In this document: in pieces, positions 48,701-61,400 of the stretch
Position numbering within the stretch: position 1 is the first letter of the stretch
Layout: every line of letters starts with the position of its first letter
NCBI RefSeq assembly: GCF_032062105.1
Contig: NW_026935468.1
Span: 1-64,000, forward strand
Length of the DNA stretch: 64,000 nucleotides
Source of the DNA: Saccostrea cucullata
Lineage: Eukaryota
Direction: 5' to 3'
Translations under genes and position numbers: made by a program
Notes under the pieces: generated by a model
Databases searched by the model: none
Told to the model about the DNA's origin: nothing
The model's input: only the letters and a program-made list of their open reading frames with translations

Positions 48701-51700
48701 GGCTGACCGTCTGCACCAACAGGATATCAGGGTCATCACCATAGGAATCGGACAGCGCGTGCGCAGATCTGAGCTGACTGTTATTGCAACAGACAAATAC
48801 CACGTGTTCACTGTTAGTGATTTTAAATCCCTCGCATCCGTTCAAAAGGATTTACAAATTGAAATCTGTAGAAGTGAGACATACTATTGAAAGATCTATT
48901 ATGATGGTTTTATGAAATTCCTGTGTATATGATATGAAACATAAGACGTCTGACATTCCCTCTTTTACTTACAGATGAAGAACCAAGTACAGGCAAGTTC
49001 TATTAGTTTTCATTTGTATGCTTTATATACTTTATATATTAAGCATTTACATATGGAAAAAAAGAAGAAAGTAGTTCACTGAAATGAAGAGTTTTGAGCG
49101 ATTTACTGATAGGGTAGTTTCTTTGTCGCGAAATGTTTCACTTTATTTTTATGAAGTTTAGTCGTCCGTCCGTCCGTCCGTCTGTACGTCCGTCCGTCCG
49201 TCCGTCCGTCCGTCTGTCCGTCCGTCTGTTAGGATCCGCAACTCCTCTCATACCACTGAATGAAATTTGATGAAACTTTCACAGAATCTTTATTACATGT
49301 TGCCATTGTATTTTACTTTTTGATCCGACACATAGTCCCGGCCACAGGAAAACTGCTAAAAATAAGAAAGCACTCTGATATGTTTTTTGAAGTTTTCAGG
49401 ACATTAGTAAAGATAAATTTCCCTGTTTTAGATCAAGTAACTGCTAAAAATAAGAAAGCACCTGATATGTTTTTGCAGTTTCCAAACTATCGAAGTATTT
49501 ATCTTGCACCAAGTCAACATTTAATATGATACATACATGTATTTTATGTAAAATATCATCTACTGATAAAAAAAAATTGGTTTTAAAGTAATTAAACATA
49601 GTCCACTATTGCCGAAAAATGGTAAAATGTCCTTCGATAGATGCAAAGTTAGTAAAATCAATCAATTTAAGTAAATTATCGTTGGATTTACTTGAGATGT
49701 GGTTGCTATAGTGATCTGTACCTTTGTTCATTGTTATTAGAGTGCGGCGATAAGGAAGCGGACATTGTTTTCATTCTGGACGATTCCGGAACTGAGGGTG
49801 CCAGCAATTTCAAGAAGGAATTAAACTTCACCGCTGATTTCATGAAAGGATTTCAAATTGGAAAACAGCATGTTCAATTTGGTCTGGTGACATATTCGAG
49901 TTACGCAAGAAACCAGTTTTATTTCAACACATACCATGACTTGCAGTCCATTTTACACAAACTAGATACTATTACTTACATTGGTGGAACCACACGTACA
50001 GAATATGGTCTTTCAAGTGCCAGGTACCAATTTCAATCATATCATGGAGCAAGACTTCACGCTCAGAAAATCGTCATCATCCTGAGGAATGGGATGTCTT
50101 ATTCCACTACTAGGACGATTGAGAAGGCTAACGAAATGAAAGCTCTTGGTGTAAAAGTGATTTCGGTTGGTATTGGTAAAAACGTCAGTCATATGGAATT
50201 AAATGGAATTGCCACCGACTTACAACATGCGTTCACTGCTGCAGACTTTGATGCTCTTCCGTCTCTGCTATTCAAGATTAAATCTGCTGCATGTTCTGGT
50301 AGGTTTATTTACCCCAATGGGTTTCCACTTTGTGAGAATTATTTTCAAATACTAGTATGCAATATTGTAAAAAAGCAAATTTTTTTTCTTGCAGTTCCTA
50401 ATCCCCGTGTTATTGACCAAGGTAAATTAAATAAGTTTTCTAGAACTATGTACTGGTATATGTATCTTAATTATTTTTAATTATAAAGTCAGAGGAGTTT
50501 TTTTCCCCACCATTTCAACTTCTTTTATTGTATATGTATTAAATATTCTTTATTATTAAATAAACAAAAAATATACTTAAGCTGTTCAGAAATTATGTTT
50601 GATCACTTTCATTATTCCTCACAATATGATTTATTTTAGGTTAAAAGAAGAGTAAGGGGATCCTCTAAAAGATTTTTTTTCTGTTTTAGAGTGTGGAGAA
50701 CGAGATATTGTTTTCTTTCTCGACTCTTCAAGGAGCAAGAGAAAAATCAACTTCAATAAGATGCTCACATTCGTTCAGAACTTCACCAAAAAGTTTGATA
50801 TTGGCCCACAGAATGTTCAGGTTGGAGTGGTTACATTTTCTACCTCTGTGCACGAAAGAATCAAGCTTGACCAATACAGGTACGTGTTGATAGTATAAAT
50901 CAGCTTAAATGCTAGAAAATCTCAATGCATTGTCATAAGCTTGAGGGTAATGGGTAAAGTTGATAATTTCCAAAAACGTTTATGAACTAGCTGTTATTCT
51001 GACACTTAAAAGCCAGGGCCCGTCTTAGAAAAAAACTTACTGCTTAAAACAATATCTAATTTTGATTATTACTTTCTAATTTACATTTAATTAAAAATGG
51101 TTTTATGTTTTTTTAAGGATTACATAAACTGAGTACATAGTTTTATGCTAGAGATATCAAACAGACTATCTAATTTTGCAAAGTTTTACAATCAACTAAA
51201 GTTTTTGGTCTTAGTCGTAAAATGTTTTGTAAAACGGGCCCCTGGTTATAGGTAGAAGTTAAAATCAATTTTTTCAAACTGTAGTGATAAAACAGCCTTA
51301 CTAGCGGCGATCTCTGGGATTTATTACGATGGAGGAGGACTATACACAGACAAGGCTTTACAGTACGCCAGAACACAGGCCTTCCTGCCTTCCCACGGTG
51401 GTAGACCTAACGCCAGCAGGATCGTGGTCGTCATGACGGATGGGCTTTCATTCACGTATTTACAGAAATATTCACTCAAATAATTTTAATCATAATATCA
51501 TGTTTTTAACTGCTTGTATACATTAAATCATGTATTTTAGTTGAAACCAATGCTTACAATTCCTTTCTACCCTATACACAAATCGTATGATGAGCCAGTT
51601 CGTACCTCTGTTTTCCCCCATGTATTATGTTTTTTTTATATTAATTATGTTTCTTTTGCACACAAAATTTAGCGAAGACAAATTGCAATGGAATACTATT

Positions 51701-53440
51701 TCATTGCTCATCAAATATATTTTCATATAATTTCAAATAACCGCGTAGAACTGCGTTATCACAGGTTTACAGGTGCTTTTATTCCTGTATTTTATTACTT
51801 AAAACTGTTCTGCAAAATATATTGTCCTATTAAATGAATCATATTTTGAAATGTATTTAAAAGTACAATTTAATATTTTCATCATTTACCCAATTTTCCA
51901 GAGGATGAAGCGAATGACAAAACTGTCTGTTCATTGTAATAAATGCATTAATGCTTTTTGATGGAAAATCTTAAGTATTTGAAAATCCCTATCAGTGACA
52001 AAACTTTTTCTATCTACATCTTTTTAGTCATGCGAAAACTCTACAAGAAGCTGCAGCCTTGAAATCCCAACCGAATATGAAGGTGATTGCCATTGGCATT
52101 GGACCTAGCGTCAACCAACAAGAAATAAACAGCATAGGCAGTGATTCTCAGCACGTTTTCTATGTTCCTAACTTTGACGTTTTGAACAAGCTTAACTCGG
52201 AGCTTGAGTTCACTTCGTGTCAGAGTGAGTATCATTTACTGTATTTCTTCCCAGCCTGGAATGAATAAGAGGGTAGCTGAGAGTAACCTTTTCATTTTCA
52301 GCATGTGGTTTCATTCAGACAGCTGACATCATCTTTGCACTGGATTCCTCCAGTAGAATAGGACTGATCAACCTACAGAAGGAGATGGACTTCGTGCAGT
52401 CGTTTGTGAGAGATCTTCCAGTAGGTCCTCACAACGTACAGTTCAGCGTTGTCTCATTTGGCTCAGTCGTTCAAAATATATTCTACCTGAACCAGTACTC
52501 ACAAAAGAGACCCATTTTAGATGCAGTTCAACAGACGGACTTTGTCGGGGGTTCGACTCAGACATCAAAAGTGTTGAAGTATATCAGGGAGCACAATATT
52601 CTTCCGGTGAATGGGGCGCGTTCGAACTCTTCACTTCTTGTTGTTGTTCTCGCAGAAAGCACGTCAACAAACAAAAGCGCCACATTGATGGAAGCTAATT
52701 TGCTAAAGGCCTATGGGGCAACTGTTGTCGCAATTGGAATTGGGTCGAATGTTGATAATACCGAACTTAATTCTATTGCTTCAGATCCTAACCATGTTTT
52801 CAAAGCTCAAAATTTTGACACGTTGCAGAATATCAAAGAAGATATTAAAAAGGTTGCCTGTGAGAGTAAGATGTTTAATATTCTAAACTCATATTTTAAA
52901 CTGATATATTGTAAAAGAGTGTAGGTTTTAAGAATACTTTCATTTGGACCACTGTAGTGTTTTTGGTACTATTTAAAGTTTTAGTGTCACTACTCTTTTA
53001 TGAGTGGAATGGGAACGTATATGTAACACTTTAACAGAAAACGATATTCAAACTCGGGATAGGTTTTTAGCATAAACGATTGCATAAAAGTGAGGATATT
53101 TTGACATATAGAGATAGCTTTATATTTTTAATATGGCATTGTAATTTACTGTTAGGAATACTGCAGATATACTTTAAATATTACTGGTACTTTGTAAATA
53201 AATTAATATTCCAACCATTTCACTCACTTAATTTTTTACAGGTGTTAATTTAGATGTTAATTCTACAATGCCGACAGTGCAAGGTTTGCTACTTTATTTA
53301 CTTCCTTTTCATAAAATCATCTTACTTGTGTATGAATTCAGAAACAAATGTATGAAAATAAATGCTCATTAGTATAACGTTTTAATTTTATTTCTTTGGC
53401 AGATGTTACAAGAAAGAGGGTTTTAACCATTGACGATTAG
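45761..53440 (+). CDS. Secreted protein with six tandem VWA domains (matrilin / collagen VI-like, no collagen helix), paralog A, complete
   Basis: Signal-peptide exon MKSLLLLLAITVQVWTQVPK (45761-45821). VWA exons at ~46656-47034, 47216-47406, 47533-48121, 48236-48519, 48594-48873, microexon 48975-48992, 49741-50298, microexon ~50395-50421, 50690-50879, 51285-51456, 52028-52224, 52302-52866; tail exons 53242-53283 and 53403-53440 (TAG). Phases are consistent. AATAAA at 53487. Confidence 0.9.
49160..49330 (-). mobile_element. (CGTC)n microsatellite with a Helentron-like fragment
   Basis: CGTCCGTCCGTC tract at 49163-49228 followed by CGCAACTCCTCTC..GAATGAAATTTGATGAAACTT. Confidence 0.6.
51013..51245. 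mobile_element. PIF/Harbinger-like MITE in a VWA-A intron
   Basis: CCAGGGCCCGT ... ACGGGCCCCTGG termini with further imperfect inverted similarity. Confidence 0.65.
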
Positions 53441-53711
53441 TTAATGTACGAACCTTTATAAAGACTTTTTTGTAAGTTGATATTTTAATAAAATATAGAC
53501 CTCTCGTGTTTTCTACTGAATGTTACAGTTTACTAATCAGATGTTTGTAAAAGCTTTTCAATATGCTCACATTCAAAATGGACAAAAATACACTAACAAT
53601 GATTAAAAAGCAACCCCTCCATCTCTTTTGAATGAATAAAACTTAGACTTGCAATTAAAGTGTGAGTGTGAGAAACAAGTGCAAGAACCTAAATTCCGAG
53701 AGAATGAATTC

Positions 53712-53814
53712 AGGGTTAGGGTTAAGGTTAGGGTTGGGTTAGGGTTTAGGTTAGGGTTAGATGTTGGGTTAGGGTTTAGGCTAAGGTTAGGGTTAAGCTT
53801 GGGGTTAGGGTTAG
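53712..53814 (+). repeat. Interstitial degenerate telomeric repeat (TTAGGG)n
   Basis: ~17 units including TTAGGG, TTAAGG, TTGGG and TTTAGG. Confidence 0.9.
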
Positions 53815-54142
53815 AATGCAAGAGCATGTTCTGATTACAGCTGTAGAAAATACTTGTACAGTAATCCAAATGTCTCAAATAGTTAAAGATCTATGAAATA
53901 AAATTTTGATGTGGCATTCCTCCTTCAATATCAATTATTCTCTGATATTAAAGTGAACATGGATCTCTTGTTTGTGACTTTCGCTTTAGAAGGATGGTTT
54001 CCTATACAAAATAAAAACAAAATACTAAGAACTAGTCCAGAAAACTTAAAATTAATTTCATTGATTATCTGTAGAATCCCCTTATTCTCTCTGTAAGACA
54101 ATTGACTATTCTGTTACACGTTGAATGTAAGCTAAGTGGCAC

Positions 54143-54530
54143 ATGAGCAGCAAAGCTTCTTATGTCTATCAACTTATTAGCTACTCAAGAGCTTGCCCTG
54201 AGTACGATCAGTTTTTGAAGCGAGGCAGGCTACTCACTGATAAGTTGATGTTACCGGGATTTCAACAAACTTGTTTAAACTCGACAATTCGTAAATTCTT
54301 TGATATAATGACCTTGCTAGCCAATATCACCTAGGCCTTTGTTTTTATACTGAACTTGACTACGGAATGATCTGTCCACCTGATCAATTCAAAGGGCTCA
54401 CGGGGGTGTTGCCTACTCATTTCGGGCACCTGATCCCAACTTTGAAATTTCAACCGTGAACGGCTCCCTGTCTTATACCCGCTTCACTTCACATATTTGT
54501 ATCTTTTAAAATAGATTTTTGACCAATCAC
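54143..54530 (+). mobile_element. Penelope-like RT C-terminal fragment plus 3' tail
   Basis: YQLISYSRACPEYDQFLKRGRLLTDKLM..IRKF followed by GGCACCTGATCCCA. Confidence 0.7.
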
Positions 54531-55488
54531 TGTTTCTTCACCTTTTAGACCCCAAAAGACCTTGCTGATCCATCTTCGACTCCTGTTGCAAAAAATAAGA
54601 CTTGTAACAGATCATACATGCACAGGACAGTTTATAAACTGTGAAATCTATAAAATACACACGTAATGTTTCTTTAGGGACCATTAAACACTTATTATCG
54701 GTTACATAACATCGTTTATTGGAATTGTTTTTTCGATTAAATTATTTAGCTTTGGGATACTTATTAAGTATGATCACAGGATATGCAGTACGGTTTTTAA
54801 AGATGCAACCAGGATCTATGCTGATGTTCCTTGATCATTGTTTTTCGTAAGACTCATCCGAGTAAGTTCCATGTTTTGTTCTAATTTAACAGAACATTAT
54901 TTTTAAAACAGTATAAAGTAACCTTTAGTTCGACGTCTTATCCATATCATTCTACAAAAGAAGAAAGACTGATATAAAGCAACAAAATCAAATCGAACAA
55001 AAACATGTACGACATACATGTTTCGATACTGGGAGGGATGGAGGATAGTCCATATCAGCAATGTAGCAGCGAACTTCGAAAGACAAAAACACCCCAAAAT
55101 CTACCTTATTGGTAGCATGGATTCAAAATATGAACAACTAATACCTATGACATCTATACTGCATTCATAACAAATACACGCGTTTTCCCCTAACTTTAAT
55201 AAATATATTTTTACCTTTGTCATATTCATCTCAACCGAACTTTCACAGAGGCAAATAATGAATGAAGCGAAAATTAAAATAACCGTATTTCGAAAAATAA
55301 TAATATAATTTAAAAAAATGCATCGGTTATTACGAATGCATTACATTAGCAAAGCACATTTTTTCTTTCGTCCTTTTCCGTCCATTCCTCGAGAACAGGT
55401 GTTGATAATCTGGTCATTCTCAGCCAGGTGGTGGCGCCATAAGTACAAAGTTAGAACACCTAGTCACAGAACGGAAGACACTTTAGGA

Positions 55489-58400
55489 ATGAGACTAGCA
55501 TTACTGCTGTTGGCGCTTACAGCCGGGGTTTGGACTCAGGTACCAACAGGTAAATTATCTTACATCAAATTCTGTTATTCCTCATGTGTCCAGTAAATAT
55601 ATTATCAGTAAGACACTAAAAGGTTTTCCAATGCCGGAGGAGAAGAAGTCTACATTTATAAGGATTTCTTAATAATATCACTTTGTAATTTTTATTGTAA
55701 AATGAAAATAATTTCCTTTCATAGTACCAGTGCGTGCCCAATATGCTTAGTGTCAGTAGATTACAGAATTGCTTGATCTCCTTAGCAGGAAACTAACACG
55801 TGTACTTCTCTGAGTATATTTTATGCTGTGTAACTTTATCACCAAGTCAATATCGTAACACATACATTTTTTGAGCTTCTTAAATAAAAATTTCAAATGT
55901 AATTATTCCATTTTTGGCACAAGAATACCAGAAGTTTTATCTTCCGGAGATTCTTATCATGTTCAAGTAATGTCCTTGAATTACATAATTCATACACCTA
56001 GAATATCAGCATTTGTTCAAGTTTAGTTCTAATGCGTGTATTTTCTGATGCATTCAAGGCCCTTAGAAACTTGCGTGGACAGAAGGGAAAGGGAGCCTTC
56101 TTTCTAACAATTTTACTAATGCATGCCATACAGTAGAGATAAAGTTAATTTACAGTTGTGACCATTATTCCCTTATAAATAACATTTGTTGGTCTTTTCT
56201 TCTTGTTAAAGAAAATCTGGTTAGATTTCCTAATCAAGGAATAAGTTGTCCCCTCCCCAAACTGAGATTGCCACATAAGGGCCTGCATCCTTTGAATAAA
56301 AAGGTCTCATGGCTTTTGTGACTGGGAATACTTAATAACGCCTTGGTACCTGGTTCCACGACTGGTGGGTCCAGGGCTCTGTTTCTGCTCTGCCCAATTT
56401 GAAATGTTTAAAAGGTAGATCGCGGGTTTACTGTCTGCCTGAAAACATACTCTGAAAATTTGTCAACTTAATCCTCTCGTTTCAAATTTTACTTTCTGAA
56501 ATTTTTATGAGATTCGTCTGCGTGGTTATATTGTTATCGTATTTCAAAGGCACTAATGTTGATGAGAACTGGTGACGCTATTACAATGAAATATATAGTA
56601 AATGAGCCTTTCTCACTGGTAAACACATTTCAAAACCATGCTTTTAATATGAAAACGGCGCAGACGAATTTTATTTTACTCAACACGATGAATGTGAGAT
56701 AAATTTAGAATCGATCTATTAAAAAAAATTAGTATGTGTTCTCGCTCATTTTCTCGCAAAAAAACTTTAAAGTTTTAAAAATTTGTAACAAACGTATATA
56801 ATTTCATTAAGACGTTATATAACGTTAGTGCGACGTCATTATTTATGTACGACTCAAAATCACAATGTAATGAACAATTCACTGAAAATAAAAATTGTTG
56901 TATCTTCATTGATTGACAATAAATACATGTAAACATTGTCATAATTTACCTAAATTGTCACACTTTTTTCAATGAAGCACAGAGTCATGTTATTTGAATC
57001 AATTTTGACCTTTCATGTTCTAACTTTATATTAACTCTTAGTTTAATTTATTATTGATTAGATATTAATTAATCATTTATTTTTTATTGCATTATTAAAT
57101 AAATATTTTTACAGACAAAACAAGCTTTAATGTTTGTTTTATTTTATGATGCACACTGATGGAAATACTTTTTGCTTGTTTGTAGTTTGATACTGTAAAT
57201 GTAGTAAGCTTTTTACGTCGAATCCTATTATGACGTCAGCGAACCCGCGATCTTTAAAATTCCGTCACATTTTCTTGCTTTTCTAGAAATTATAAAACAA
57301 TAACTTTTTAAATAAGGAAATGTTTGTTTGATTACGCTTTTGATGTATTGAAGGTAATTCTGCATCATCGATGTTCTTTAATTTATTTGTTGTTTAAGCT
57401 AAAGATTCAAATTGTGATGATTTGAAAAGGAATATAGACATTCACATCACTCGTATATGATTTTAGATGCTATCCGGACAGATTTTCAAAATTCTAAGAC
57501 CTAAAAATGTTTATGTACATGTACAGTACTCCAAAAATATCCCCAATGATAACAAGACTACATACATCTTTACGGATGGACAGTATGGATAAAAACATGC
57601 ATCTTTCAAACCACATCCGCATTAAACTGCACTCTTTTTTCATTTAAAATTAATATCATGGTGATTGGTTCCGTTATTTATTTCTTCAGGATGTAAATCT
57701 AAATTGGACATAGTGTTTCTACTGGACGCCTCCTACAGTGAAGGGCAGACCAACTTCAACAAACAACTAAAATTCGTCGAAGATTTCGTCAATCAATTCA
57801 GTGTAGGACCTGATGCCACCCAGATCAGCGTGGTCACGTTTGCCACAACAGTACACAATGCGTTTTCTTTAAATGCACATTCAACGAAACCAAGCGTGAT
57901 CAGTGCTATTCAAAGCGTGTCATACCGACCCGGAGCCACGTATACCGATAAGGCCCTCAGCTACGCGGAGACCACCTCATTTCTACCTCAAAATGGAGGA
58001 AGGGCTGACGCGGAAAAGATTGTCATCGTACTTACGGATGGCCAATCATCAAGTCATTCAAAAACACTGTATGTTATATACGTAAATCTTAAATACACTG
58101 ACTACTTCAAATGACCGTTTTTTAAGAGGTTTCTAAAAAATATATATTGAGATTGAAAGTATAGGGAAACCTGTCTAATCCGACGAGCACTAGCAAATGA
58201 TTTTTTTTCGGAATAGACAGGGTGTTGGATTGCACAATGTAAAAACATGGGAACTAGATTTTACTTCGGAATTCACAGTGTGACGATGATGGATTGCACT
58301 GGTTTCGGATTAGACAGTTTTCACTGTATATTGATTGATTCAATTTTAGGCATAATGAATCCATGCCTTTTGTTTCTGACCCATATATAAACTTTAACTA

Positions 58401-61400
58401 TCGCTTATTAGGTATATAACATTCTCCGAAGGCTTATCATATATTCAAATGTTTCACATTTCATATGTACTATATATACCAGTATATGTTTATCTTATTT
58501 TACCATCAATCAGCACTAGATCATCCAGTGTGAAGCTAGGAAATATACATGTAGTGTTTAAGTATGTCTTAGTGACAATAGGACATCATATTGAACTACC
58601 ATTACAATTAAATGTTTGTTTTTCTTAAGTAACCTAGATAGGAAATTGAGAGAATTTGAACTCTTTGTTTTTGTTTTTTATTTTGCTTTAGACTCCAAGC
58701 CCAGAGTTTACACAGTTCAGGTGTAGAAGTCATTGCTGTTGGCATAGGTAATTCAGTATCAAATTCCGAGTTAGAAGCGATTGCAAGCGATCAAGCACAT
58801 GTGTTCCAGGTACAGGACTTTGACCTGCTCCACACAATCCAAAATCAGCTCACCAATGCGGCATGCCAGCAGGCTGCATTGCGTAAGTTCCTCAGCATCA
58901 TTGAATGATATTACGTCTCTGTAATCTTATCGAAAATTAGAATTGTTCAAGCTACCATTGACATGCTTTTCATTTTTGTTGTTGTTCAGATTGTCAGTCA
59001 GCAGTGGCAGACATTGTGTTTGCCATAGATTCTTCCTCAAGTATCTCAAGTACAGATTTTTCAAAGCAGATGATATTCATCAAAAACCTTGTCAGACAAT
59101 ACAATGTAGGATCAAACGAGACACAATTTAGTGTGGTGTCCTTCGACTCAAGGGTCCACCCAGAATTCCAACTGAATAAATACCAGTCCAAAACCCAAGT
59201 GTTAGGCGCTTTGTCTGGCATCAGACATCACTATGGTTCAACACACACGGGTGATGCTTTGGAGTACATCGCCAACACCACCTTCACGCCTGCCAATGGT
59301 GGAAGACCAGGGGTGGAACGTTGGGTGATTGTTCTTACAGATGGATCTTCTACTTCACCAACCGCAACAGTGGCTGCAGCAGACAAGCTTCACAAAATGG
59401 GAATAGAGGTCATTTCCATTGGTGTAGGAAGCGGAGCGAACAAGGCGGAGCTAGAGGCGATTGCTACAGACCCGCAACATGTTTTCAAAGTAGACAACTT
59501 CGATGATCTTCATTCAGTAATGTCAAACATAGAATCGAGCACATGTGGTTTTAATGGTAAGCGAAGATATTACGGATGCCGTAACGTAATCATATTAAAA
59601 AGACAGAAAAAAACATCGCATGCTTCATAAACTGCATTCAAAACAACACTTCTCTTTTGGTTTGTAGTCTGTGAAGGCAACAAGGCGGACATTGTATTTT
59701 TGTTGGACTCCTCGGCCAGTGAGGGTGCTGCCAATTTCCAGCATCAACTGGAGTTTGTTCAAAACTTCACAGATAAGTTCGACATCGGTCCTGACGCTGT
59801 TCAGATCGGTTTGGCTACGTTCTCCACCAAACCACATGGTCATTTCTGGCTTGATACATACCAAAATAAAACAGACCTTATCAACGCGACTGCGTATGTC
59901 CCCTACATTCCTGGAAGCACATATACCGACCTGGGTCTAAAGTTTGCTCTGGTAAGAAAGATAAATCCTTGTTATTTTTCCGGAAAATTTTAACAGAACA
60001 AATATTAAAAATAAGTATATAGTTCATTGCAGAATGAAAGTTTCAGTTCTGCAAATGGAGCTCGAGATGGGAGTGTGCCCAAGATATTGGTAGTGTTGAC
60101 AGACGGACAGTCTACGGATCCAATGGCGACAGCTTTGATGGCCGATCGTCTGCACAGAGACGGCATTAAGGTCATCACCATAGGAATCGGTCAGGGTGTG
60201 CGCAATTCGGAACTGACTGTAATTGCTACCGACAAAAACCACGTGTTTACTGCTACTGATTTCAAATCTCTCGCTTCTTTGCAAAAGGAATTGACCATGG
60301 AAACCTGTAGAAGTAAGAACCATTGCTCAAAAGTCCCTGATCTTGCATTTCCGTTCTTGCGTGTTTTTTAAAAAATGAAATTGACTGGTTTTGCATTCTC
60401 CGTTCATTGGGTTTTTAATATTCCTTTTTTTGTTGCAGATGAAAAACCAAATACAGGCAAGTACTACATTCATTAGATTTACAAAAAAGCAACAAGGTAG
60501 ATAGATCCTTCGAATTCGTTTATAATTGATAAGTGGATGGAACTCGCGATCGTGTTTCATGAAGGACCGAAAAATTGAATCGCGCCATTATTATTTGAAA
60601 GACACGTTTTGATGCACTTACTTTGGAAAAAAATATTTATAGTGCTTTGTATTTTGTTGCATTAAAAAACTTACCTCGAAAAAAAATTCATAGTGCGCTG
60701 GAGTTTGTTAACACTTTTTTAAATATTCAATCAAAAAGTATGTTTTTAACAGAATGTGGAGAGAAGGAAGCGGACATAGTTTTCATTTTGGATGCTTCAA
60801 GTAGTGAAGGTGCCGACAATTTTAAGAAAGAGTTGAACTTCACCGCTGATTTCATGAAGGGGTTCCAAATTGGAAAACAACACGTTCAGTTTGGACTGGT
60901 GACATATTCAAGTTATGCAAGAAACCAGTTTTACTTCAACACGTACAATGACCTGCAGTCAATTTTACACAAACTCGATACCATTTCTTATACGGGTGGA
61001 TCAACTCACACCGAATCTGGTCTTTCGAGTGCTAAATTTCAATATTATTCACATCATGGTGGAAGACCTAACGCTCAGAAAATCGCCATTGTCTTAACGG
61101 ACGGAATGTCTTATTCTTCATCAAGAACAATTGCAAAGGCCAACGAATTGAAAAAGATGGGGGTTAAAGTGATTTCTGTTGGTATTGGTAAAGACGTCAG
61201 CCAGACGGAATTGAATGGAATTGCCACGGACTTGCAGCATGTGTTTACCGTAGGAGATTTTGACGCTCTCAAGTCAATTCAATATGAAATCAAAACTGCT
61301 GCATGTGCCAGTAAGTTTTCTTTTGTATTTATGAATGTTGTCATATCAATCTAAATTAAGCTAAAATGTATGATTGATACATGTTTTCACATTTCTTTTT

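Noticed and set aside
53603-53878. ORFs with NPNP / LGLG repeats
   Set aside because: They are translations of the TTAGGG tract.
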